DNA of 57,362 bases, from the sequence record SRR31156797_3941; one strand, written 5' to 3'. Position numbers and translations under genes: made by a program. Positions 39,465 to 47,909 of the stretch are shown one piece after another. Positions within the stretch are counted from its first letter, which is position 1. Every line of letters starts with the position of its first letter. The notes under the pieces were generated by a model. The model was not told the origin of the DNA. It saw only the letters and a list, made by a program, of their open reading frames with translations, and searched no databases.

Positions 39465-40118
39465 TTAGAAAAAACTAAACCGAGCGTTCCAGCCACTTTT
39501 CAGGATTGAGCCCAATACCGGTGATTTAATCTCTCCGGGGCGAAAATAGTAGTCATGCGGCTGCGCGGTGGAATAATTATCCACGCTCCATTGTTCTCCT
39601 AAACCGACTTTCAAAAATAGTTTTGGCTTGCCGATAAAACCAGTTTTTACCTTATTAGGACAATCAATAAATCGCAACCTGCGCATTTTGTCCGCAACAA
39701 CAACGGTTTTGGTGGCATTATCAAAAACGAGATGCAGTTCATAAAGTGTATCCAAGCCGCTTCTGTTCATCAGTTCACACCATTGTGGACTTGAATAGTG
39801 CCATGTGACAATAATTTTATCTTTTTTTTTCAGAACTTGAATCGGCCCTTCACCATTATTAACAGCAAGTAACTTTGCTTTGAGAATTTCCAAGGCAACA
39901 AATTCACCGTGCCCTTTGAAAAACCAGATTTTCCTAATAATCATTGACAGAGCAGGTACAAGCGAACCTAGGGCTAACAATCCCCATATGCCAAAGGCAA
40001 GCTGATGGGTTTGCTGTTCCATTCCGGTTCCGATGATAACCAAAGGGGTCAGGGTCGCTGTGTACCCAAGCAACAGCAAAATAAAGGCAGCAATAGTTAA
40101 GAAATAACGTTTTATCAT
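39465..40118 (-). CDS. Hypothetical membrane protein
   Basis: 217-aa ORF with two N-terminal hydrophobic helices, co-oriented with the upstream ldcA and coaX genes. Confidence 0.7.
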   Translation of the reverse strand: MIKRYFLTIAAFILLLLGYTATLTPLVIIGTGMEQQTHQLAFGIWGLLALGSLVPALSMIIRKIWFFKGHGEFVALEILKAKLLAVNNGEGPIQVLKKKDKIIVTWHYSSPQWCELMNRSGLDTLYELHLVFDNATKTVVVADKMRRLRFIDCPNKVKTGFIGKPKLFLKVGLGEQWSVDNYSTAQPHDYYFRPGEIKSPVLGSILKSGWNARFSFF

Positions 40119-40131
40119 AAAGGATTAAAAA

Positions 40132-41088
40132 TCACAAAACCTGTACTGAGTCAGTATGCAGTCGCAGCTTGCCGCTTTGTGAATCCATGGTCGCCTGCAT
40201 CCCCATGGGTAATGCAAAATTGGCAGTTTGGTGGCCGGCAGGAAAATTCGCCCACACCGGAAAATTATACTGTTGGGTCAGCTCCAACACCCTCTGCCAT
40301 ACCTGTTCCTGCAAGCGCAGGGTTTCAAGCTGATCAGAATTCCCTGGATCAAAGGTACCCAGAAGAAGCCCTGCTAAACGATCCAAACGTCCGCTGAATG
40401 CCAACTGGGTTAACATCCGGTCCAGTCGGTAAAAAGTTTCTCCAGTATCTTCAAGAACAAGAAGAGCATCTTCCCAGGAACAATCCCAAGGAGTACCCAT
40501 AAGATGCACCAGTGTGGTCAGGTTACCACCAAGTATTTGTCCTTTCCGGTTACCGCCGCGTAATATCTCCATTCCTTTGGAACCAATAGAATCATCTGCC
40601 TCACCTGTCAGCAGCGAAAACAACTGGTGGACACTTTGTTGATCATGCAGAGTAAGGGAGGTTAGAACTGGTCCATGCACAGCTACTATGTTTGCATTGC
40701 CTATCATGCCGCTGATCAAGGCACTGACATCACTAAACCCTATCAACATTTTAGGATTGCGCTGCAGGCGATCCAGATCAATGTACTTCATCATCCTGAT
40801 CGAGCCAAAACCGCCACGTATTGCCATAACAGCGTTTACGTTAACATCATCCCACAGAGCATGAAGACTTTTAGCACGGGCAGCATCGTCATCTGCAAGG
40901 TAGTGGCCATTGTTCTGAAAGGCGCCCTGAAGCTTTACCTTGAACCCAAGGTCTTTAATCAGGGTTATACCATCTTCAAAAGCTCTGATGTCTTTGACTG
41001 GTCCGGCAGGACAAAACAAGCCAATAGTGTCACCTTTCCGCAGTCTAGGCGGTAGGACAGGTTTTATATTATTTGGTGTTAATGTCAT
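40132..41088 (-). CDS. ldcA: LD-carboxypeptidase (peptidase S66, LdcA-like)
   Basis: IRGGFG, catalytic Ser in GFSDVS, HGP, GGNL, LED and PAGH. Confidence 0.9.
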   Translation of the reverse strand: MTLTPNNIKPVLPPRLRKGDTIGLFCPAGPVKDIRAFEDGITLIKDLGFKVKLQGAFQNNGHYLADDDAARAKSLHALWDDVNVNAVMAIRGGFGSIRMMKYIDLDRLQRNPKMLIGFSDVSALISGMIGNANIVAVHGPVLTSLTLHDQQSVHQLFSLLTGEADDSIGSKGMEILRGGNRKGQILGGNLTTLVHLMGTPWDCSWEDALLVLEDTGETFYRLDRMLTQLAFSGRLDRLAGLLLGTFDPGNSDQLETLRLQEQVWQRVLELTQQYNFPVWANFPAGHQTANFALPMGMQATMDSQSGKLRLHTDSVQVL

Positions 41089-41860
41089 AAAGATGCTTTA
41101 ATCCAGACAGGGTCAACTGCGTATCAGCAATCTCCAGAGAATTGGCATAAGGCAGGATAACATTTGCCATACCACCTGTGGCTATGGTTTGCACTTTCTC
41201 CTGTTTAGGAGCGAGCTCTTTTCCAAGGATATCCGTCATCCTATCTATTAGGCCACCAAACCCGTATAACATCCCGGAATGGATTGCTTTTACAGTAGAA
41301 GTGCCAATGGGGCTCTCTGGGGTAACGTCAATATCTAGCCGCGGTAATTTGGCTGTCCGCGAGGCAAGGGCATCCAGAGAAATACCTATTCCAGGATGAA
41401 TGGTGCCTCCAAGATATTCGTGTTTAGCATTGATGCAGTCAAAAGTAATGGCAGTCCCAAAATCCACCACTATAAATGCAGAGTGAAAACGATCCCAGGC
41501 TGCTACAGCATTGACAATACGGTCTGCACCAACTTCAGCCGGGTTTTCGATTTTAATTTTTAAACCGGCGAGATCCAACAGATGATTGACTGCAAGAGGA
41601 GGATGCTCGAGTTCAATCAGGTAATTGTTGGCAAAATTGAGCCAGCTGGTCTCCAAAGTTGGTACAACAGACGACACAATAAAACCAGTAATCTGTTGCG
41701 GATCGATCTTCGCCATCTGAAAGAGAGCGTTATAACGAATAGCTAGTTCATCGGCGGTTCTGTCTTGATTGGACTGCAAGCGCCAATTTGCTATAAATTT
41801 GCCGTTGTGCAATACCCCACTGACAGTGTGGGAGTTGCCGACATCAACAGTAAAAAGCAT
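41069..41860 (-). CDS. coaX: Type III pantothenate kinase
   Basis: VDVGNSH, SSVVP, VGADRIVNA, VVDFGTAITFD and IATGG. Confidence 0.96.
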   Translation of the reverse strand: MLFTVDVGNSHTVSGVLHNGKFIANWRLQSNQDRTADELAIRYNALFQMAKIDPQQITGFIVSSVVPTLETSWLNFANNYLIELEHPPLAVNHLLDLAGLKIKIENPAEVGADRIVNAVAAWDRFHSAFIVVDFGTAITFDCINAKHEYLGGTIHPGIGISLDALASRTAKLPRLDIDVTPESPIGTSTVKAIHSGMLYGFGGLIDRMTDILGKELAPKQEKVQTIATGGMANVILPYANSLEIADTQLTLSGLKHLYDINTK

Positions 41861-42006
41861 TTTCTCTCCAGCTGTTTACTTTACCCTTGGGCAATATTTG
41901 TTTTTTTTGGCCGAGGTTGTTAATATGCCTCTGTCAAAAGGAAATTGCGGACTCTTTTTCCGACATTGTGGAAACTCTCTACCAGTTATTTTACGAGGTG
42001 TAAATA

Positions 42007-42336
42007 GTGTCAACATATATTCAGGTACAGACAACGGTTGCCAACGAAACAGACGCGCTTGCAATTGCTAGGCAAGTAGTTGAAAAACGCCTTGCCGGCT
42101 GTGTACAGATAAGCCAGTGCAGCTCCCTATACAGGTGGCAGGGCGAAGTGAACCAGGATAAAGAATATCTCTGCACTATGAAATCGCACAGTGACCTTTT
42201 TAATCTCTTGCAAGATTTTATTAAACAAGTCCATCCCTATGACGAACCAGAGATTATAGCCACTCCTATTATACTCGGTTCTGCCACCTATTTAGAATGG
42301 CTTGCCGGTGAGTTGCTGGATCTTGATGCGGGATAG
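42007..42336 (+). CDS. cutA: Divalent-cation tolerance protein CutA
   Basis: RLAGCVQ, SLYRWQG, HPYDEPEII and YLEW. Confidence 0.93.
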   Translation: MSTYIQVQTTVANETDALAIARQVVEKRLAGCVQISQCSSLYRWQGEVNQDKEYLCTMKSHSDLFNLLQDFIKQVHPYDEPEIIATPIILGSATYLEWLAGELLDLDAG

Positions 42337-42384
42337 AAAAATCGTTATAATTAATAAGTATTTACTAAGCTATTGGCCAAAAAT

Positions 42385-42591
42385 ATGAATGACAGCACAG
42401 CATCAAGCAGACGCAGAAGACGTCGCAAAGAATTTAAATGTCATTGCTGCAAACAGGAACAGCCGTTTTGCTGGAATTGCACCTGTGGATTCCAGATTTG
42501 TCCCGAATGCTTTGCTGAAAATAAATGGGGCATCAGTAACGGGCCCACCTGGATTTGCCCAGACTGTGAAAGGGTACACATGATGGAGTAA
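42385..42591 (+). CDS. Small Arg-rich, 10-cysteine putative zinc-finger protein
   Basis: RRRRRRKEFKCHCCK...FCWNCTCGFQICPEC...WICPDC. Start is ATG 42385 or TTG 42373. Confidence 0.7.
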   Translation: MNDSTASSRRRRRRKEFKCHCCKQEQPFCWNCTCGFQICPECFAENKWGISNGPTWICPDCERVHMME

Positions 42592-42677
42592 TGCCACAAT
42601 GTAAACAGATTGCCAATCGCAAAAAAGTATCCCAACAACAAGATTAAGAACTAACGACCACCGGAAATAATCGGCCT

Positions 42678-44510
42678 ATGTCAAACCATCAGTACGACGA
42701 ATCAAAAATTAAAACCCTCAGTTCCCTGGAACATATCAGAAAACGACCCGGGATGTATATTGGGCGGCTGGGTGATGGCAGTCATCCAGATGACGGCATC
42801 TATATCTTACTTAAAGAGGTGGTGGATAATGCCGTGGATGAATTTATTATGGGATGTGGAAAAACGGTCGACATAACCATTGAGGAATCAGGATACTGCC
42901 GGATCCGTGATTATGGCCGCGGCATTCCCCTGGGCAAGGTGGTGGAATGTGTTTCTGTTATCAATACCGGAGCAAAATACAATACCGATGTTTTCCAGTT
43001 TTCGGTAGGTCTCAATGGTGTAGGAACAAAAGCTGTTAATGCCCTCTCAAACGTTTTTTCAGTATGCGCTTTCCGTGACGGCATGTACAAAAAAGCGATT
43101 TTTGATCATGGAAATCTCAAAGAGGAAGAAGAAGGGGAGACCCAGGAAAAAAATGGCACCCTCATCGAGTTTCTGCCTGATCCCAACCTTTTCCCTGAAT
43201 ACAGCTTTGACCATGAATATGTTGACCAGAGACTTTGGCGATACGCGTATCTCAATGCCGGGCTGAAACTGCACTTTAACGAAACAGAGTATTTTTCCAA
43301 AAGAGGGCTGCAAGACTTATTGGAAAAGGAAGTTAACAGCAACAGGATTTATGAACCCGGCTACTTCAGTGACAATGCTCTGGAATTTGCCTTCACCCAT
43401 ACCGATGATTATGGCGAACTCTATTTCTCATTTGTGAACGGAACTTATACCAGTGAAGGGGGTACTCACCTTTCCGCTTTTCGCGAGGGTGTATTGAAAG
43501 GCGTTAATGAGTTTAGCGACAAAAAATTCACTGGCCAGGATGTTCGAGACGGCCTAGTCGCCGTACTAGCAGTAAAGGTTCAGGAACCGGTTTTTGAGTC
43601 CCAGACTAAAAACAAACTTGGCAACACCGATATTCGTTCCGGTATTGTTAACGCAACCAAGGATGCAGTTGCCAATTTTTTGTATATGAATCCAGAATCA
43701 GCAGAATTGGTGCTCGATAAGATACAACGAAACGAAAGGGTACGCAAAGAGCTGCAGTCCGTAAGAAAAGAGGCTAAGGCCAAGGCCAGAAAAGTTGCCC
43801 TCAAAATTCCACAGTTAAAAGATTGTAAGTATCACCCCTCAAGAGGGAAACCATCAAAGCAGGGCCGGGAAAACATGCTCTTTATCACAGAGGGGCAGTC
43901 AGCAGCAGGATCCATTGTCAGCTCGCGGGATCCTATGGTTCAGGCCGTTTTCTCCATCAAGGGCAAGCCGATGAATGTCTATGGACAACGGCTCGATGTG
44001 TTGTATAAGAATGATGAAATGTATTCCCTGATGCGTGCACTGGACATTGAGGAATCCATATCCAACCTTCGATTTGACAAAGTTATATTTGCAACTGATG
44101 CCGATGTTGACGGACTCCATATCCGCAACCTGCTGCTCACCTTTTTCCTTCATTATTTTGAACCGCTGATCAAGCTCGGTCATGTGTATATTCTGGAAAC
44201 ACCAATCTTCAGGGTTCGTAACAAACAGAATACCCATTACTGTTATACTGACAAGGAAATGGATGAAGCAATGCTCTCGCTCAAAGCAAAGGGCAAGGGA
44301 GATAAAAGTATTGAAGTAACTAGATTTAAAGGGTTGGGAGAAATTTCGCCACCGGAGTTCAAGCAGTTTATTGGCGCTGATATGCGTATTAGACAGGTCA
44401 GAATGGATTCGCTCAGCGAAGTGGGCAGAGTACTAAAATTTTACATGGGCAAAAATACCCCAGAACGCCGTCAGTATATTATGGACCATCTCACATTGGA
44501 GCCGGTATGA
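42678..44510 (+). CDS. parE: Type IIA topoisomerase subunit B (topoisomerase IV ParE-like)
   Basis: EHIRKRPGMYIG, EVVDNAVDE, DYGRGIP, GLNGVG, TEGQSA, TDADVDG and RFKGLGE; short at 610 aa. Confidence 0.9.
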   Translation: MSNHQYDESKIKTLSSLEHIRKRPGMYIGRLGDGSHPDDGIYILLKEVVDNAVDEFIMGCGKTVDITIEESGYCRIRDYGRGIPLGKVVECVSVINTGAKYNTDVFQFSVGLNGVGTKAVNALSNVFSVCAFRDGMYKKAIFDHGNLKEEEEGETQEKNGTLIEFLPDPNLFPEYSFDHEYVDQRLWRYAYLNAGLKLHFNETEYFSKRGLQDLLEKEVNSNRIYEPGYFSDNALEFAFTHTDDYGELYFSFVNGTYTSEGGTHLSAFREGVLKGVNEFSDKKFTGQDVRDGLVAVLAVKVQEPVFESQTKNKLGNTDIRSGIVNATKDAVANFLYMNPESAELVLDKIQRNERVRKELQSVRKEAKAKARKVALKIPQLKDCKYHPSRGKPSKQGRENMLFITEGQSAAGSIVSSRDPMVQAVFSIKGKPMNVYGQRLDVLYKNDEMYSLMRALDIEESISNLRFDKVIFATDADVDGLHIRNLLLTFFLHYFEPLIKLGHVYILETPIFRVRNKQNTHYCYTDKEMDEAMLSLKAKGKGDKSIEVTRFKGLGEISPPEFKQFIGADMRIRQVRMDSLSEVGRVLKFYMGKNTPERRQYIMDHLTLEPV

Positions 44511-46501
44511 CCGAACCCGTGGAACGGCAGGGAGGTAAACTGCACAGACTTTTTGACGCAAATTTTTTAGAATATACGTCCTACGTTATCCGAGAACGCG
44601 CCATTCCCGATGTAGACGACGGCCTTAAGCCTGTCCAGCGACGAATTCTGCAGACATTACACAACATGGATGACGGCCGCTATCACAAGGTAGCTAATGT
44701 GGTTGGAGAAACCATGAAGCTGCATCCCCATGGTGATCAATCTATTTTTGCCGCCTTGGTTAACCTGGCAAATAAAGATTTCCTCATCGATCGCCAGGGG
44801 AATTTTGGTAACATTTTTACCGGTGACCAGGCATCTGCGCCCAGGTATATCGAATGTCGCCTTTCTCCGCTTGCCAGAGCAACCCTGTTCAATAAAGAGT
44901 TGACCCAGTTTATTGATTCATATGACGGTCGGATGCAGGAACCGGTGAGTCTGCCAGTAAAAATTCCGTTACTTTTGCTGCTAGGGGCCGAGGGAATTGC
45001 CGTGGGCATGGCCACTAAGATCATGCCTCATAATTTCAACGAACTACTCAAGGCGCAGATAGATTATCTGCAGGGTAGGGACTTTACTCTGTATCCAGAC
45101 TTTCCCAGAGGCGGGATTATTGATGTCAGTGATTACGATCATGGCAACGGAAAAATACGCTGCCGAGCCCGGATCGAACAACCTGACAGTAAAACCATCC
45201 ACATCACAGAACTCCCCTATAATGTCACCACTCATTCGTTGATTGAATCCATTGAACGAGCAGCCAAAAATGAAAAGCTGAAGATTGCCTCTGTCAACGA
45301 CTATACTGCCGAAAAAGTTGAGGTGGAAATTAAACTGCCTCGCAATATTCACGCAGAAGAAACCATTGATGCACTCTATGCCTTTACTGATTGTGAAATA
45401 AGCGTATCACCTAACCTTATTGCCATTGAAGACAATATGCCTAAAGTGGTGATGGTTGAGGATGCCTTACGCAGAAATACAGACAAGTTAGTTGCCAACC
45501 TGCAAAAAGAACTGGAAATAGAGCTGGAACGATTGTTGGTAAAGTGGCATGCACGCAAACTCGAGCAAATTTTTATTGAAGAACGGATTTATAAACAGAT
45601 CGAGGAGCAGACCAATTACAAGGCCGTTATCAGTGTAGTACGAAAAAGTCTCCTTCCCTTTGCAAAAGAACTGCAGCGTAAAGTCACCACTGATGATATC
45701 GAGCGTTTGCTGGAAATTAAAATTCGCCGTATTTCAAGATATGATATCAACCGGCAGGCAAAAGAACTCAAAGAAATCGAAAAAGACATCAAGCACATTA
45801 AGAATGATCTCAAAGATATGGTTGCCTTTAGCATCAACTATATCCAAAAACTACTCGATAAATATGGCCACGAATACCCGCGAAAAAGCCAGTTAGGTAC
45901 CTTGGGGGAGGTGGATGCAAGAGCCGCAGCTCTCTCTAACCTCAACCTGGTGTACCAGAAGGAAAGCGGCTTTCTAGGCTGCAAACTGAAAGTTGAAAAT
46001 CCACGTAAAGACATAGAGCTGAGCTGTTCTGAATATGACCGGATTCTGCTTATCTTCAAAAACGGAATGTATAAGGTCGTAAACGTACAGGAAAAACTTT
46101 TTATAGGCAGCGAACTTTCCTGGATGGGACTAGTTTTCCCAGAGCAGACCTTCAATATTATCTATCGCAATGGTCTGGAAAACCTGACCTACATTAAAAG
46201 GTTCACCACACCCAAGTTTATTCTCAATCGTGAGTATCATCTCTTTGAGGAACATAAACGTTCTGCCATCCTCTTTCTGATGACAGGTGAAGCAGAAATC
46301 CGCGCAAGGGTCAGCTTAGTTCCATCTTCCAGGGCTAGATACAACAGCCTAGAACTTGATTTCGACGACTACCTGCTGAAGGGAGCAACTGCCAAGGGCA
46401 AACGTGTTTCCAACCGGGTTGTCAGACGTGTAAGCAACCTTACCGGCACCCCTCGAAAAGAGCCGCGCACTGCTCCGGGGTTACCCGGATTCAGCAAATA
46501 G
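44507..46501 (+). CDS. parC: Type IIA topoisomerase subunit A (topoisomerase IV ParC-like)
   Basis: RAIPDVDDGLKPVQRRIL, HPHGD, catalytic SAPRYIE and GIAVGMAT; no GyrA box; ATGA overlap with parE. Confidence 0.9.
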   Translation: MTEPVERQGGKLHRLFDANFLEYTSYVIRERAIPDVDDGLKPVQRRILQTLHNMDDGRYHKVANVVGETMKLHPHGDQSIFAALVNLANKDFLIDRQGNFGNIFTGDQASAPRYIECRLSPLARATLFNKELTQFIDSYDGRMQEPVSLPVKIPLLLLLGAEGIAVGMATKIMPHNFNELLKAQIDYLQGRDFTLYPDFPRGGIIDVSDYDHGNGKIRCRARIEQPDSKTIHITELPYNVTTHSLIESIERAAKNEKLKIASVNDYTAEKVEVEIKLPRNIHAEETIDALYAFTDCEISVSPNLIAIEDNMPKVVMVEDALRRNTDKLVANLQKELEIELERLLVKWHARKLEQIFIEERIYKQIEEQTNYKAVISVVRKSLLPFAKELQRKVTTDDIERLLEIKIRRISRYDINRQAKELKEIEKDIKHIKNDLKDMVAFSINYIQKLLDKYGHEYPRKSQLGTLGEVDARAAALSNLNLVYQKESGFLGCKLKVENPRKDIELSCSEYDRILLIFKNGMYKVVNVQEKLFIGSELSWMGLVFPEQTFNIIYRNGLENLTYIKRFTTPKFILNREYHLFEEHKRSAILFLMTGEAEIRARVSLVPSSRARYNSLELDFDDYLLKGATAKGKRVSNRVVRRVSNLTGTPRKEPRTAPGLPGFSK

Positions 46502-46508
46502 CAGGTTC

Positions 46509-46554
46509 GCGACATACCACTGCTTCATTGTTTCTCTAAACGTTGGTATGTCGC
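46509..46554. terminator. Inverted repeat just after parC, possible terminator
   Basis: Perfect 11-bp GCGACATACCA...TGGTATGTCGC with a 24-nt loop and no U-tract. Confidence 0.4.
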
Positions 46555-46666
46555 CACTAACGTCAAACACCCCACCAACCTTGCCTGTTTCCGGATAATG
46601 ATCATTGTCTACCTCAAGTAGATTTAACTCTACGCACAAAGATCAGGCAAACATGGAGGTAACAAA

Positions 46667-47212
46667 ATGAGCATGCAGGAAAATACACAACAACAGGCAA
46701 AGGCTATGTTTGCCGGAGGCTGCTTCTGGTGCATGGAAGCCCCTTTTGAAAAAATGACCGGTGTATATGATGTGGTTGCAGGATATGCCGGTGGAACAAC
46801 CATCAATCCGACCTATGAAAATTATGGACATGGCGGACATGTGGAAGTGGTGGAAGTGACGTATGACCCTGAAAAGATAACCTATGAGCAGCTGCTTGGG
46901 GTTTTTTGGAAGCAAATTGACCCTACCGACGAAGGCGGCCAGTTTGTGGATCGCGGTCACGGGTATTCAACCGCCGTATTCTACTATGATGAAGCACAGC
47001 GAGTTGCCGCAGAAAAATCCAAAAAGCAGCTTGCTGAGCAAAACATCTTTACTAAATCGATAGTCACTCCTATTCTGCCAGCCCCTGATTTTTATCCTGC
47101 AGAGGATTATCATCAGGATTATTACATCAAAAACCCAACCAGATACAAAATGTATCGCTTTGGATCAGGCAGGGAAAATTTTCTAAAAATGGCATGGGAT
47201 AAAAAAGAATAA
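46667..47212 (+). CDS. msrA: Peptide-methionine (S)-S-oxide reductase MsrA
   Basis: FAGGCFWC, GYAGG, IDPTD.GGQF.DRG and FYPAEDYHQDYY; RBS GGAGG. Confidence 0.95.
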   Translation: MSMQENTQQQAKAMFAGGCFWCMEAPFEKMTGVYDVVAGYAGGTTINPTYENYGHGGHVEVVEVTYDPEKITYEQLLGVFWKQIDPTDEGGQFVDRGHGYSTAVFYYDEAQRVAAEKSKKQLAEQNIFTKSIVTPILPAPDFYPAEDYHQDYYIKNPTRYKMYRFGSGRENFLKMAWDKKE

Positions 47213-47567
47213 CTGTTTGTTTGACATCATTCACCTGATCATCGTCTCTTTCTTGTTTTAAAGGTCTGGGCGTTATAATCATGTTTAAACGCCCATTGTT
47301 CCAAACTTGATCTATGGGTAGAGCTTACATGCCGACTTTGGTTTGCATCAGATAAGATTTTACCCCAAACTCTCCCTAGTTATTCTGAGGGCCATTTCTC
47401 TCCACCATTTTCAGCATCTCTCAATTCCATGTCAAAACCAATAGTTATGCTTTAGCAGACCAGCAGTTTGACATTTTTTTTGACTTTTCCCTTCCGTTTG
47501 ATACCATATGTATTAAGAATTATTAGAATTGTTTAGCGAACAAAACAACTAACCTCTACCTCGGTAT

Positions 47568-47692
47568 GTAACTATTCAGAAGCGCTCTAGATGCACACAA
47601 ACAGGTTGGATAATTAGAGTAATAATATGTTTTACGCACAGATCGTGCGCAGGGGTACGGCCGTCTCAGAGGGGATGCTACTGAAGAGTTAC
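47568..47692. mobile_element. 125-bp MITE-like non-autonomous element
   Basis: Terminal inverted repeats GTAACTATTCAG / CTGAAGAGTTAC (11/12 match), non-coding interior, no target-site duplication visible. Confidence 0.55.
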
Positions 47693-47909
47693 GAAATATT
47701 CTTCAAATTAAGCAATATAGAGTATCTTAAGAAGGATCTTATTTTTTACTAATTCCATTCCGTCAGGTGATCGTTAATAAGAAAGGGCTACTAACTATTT
47801 AGAGGGATCGGTTAGTTTTTGCCAGTTTGTTGCTAAACAAATATCATCATTACAGATATTTATTAAACTTCCTGTTTTAGGCTACAAACAAATAAACAGC
47901 TAACAATCT

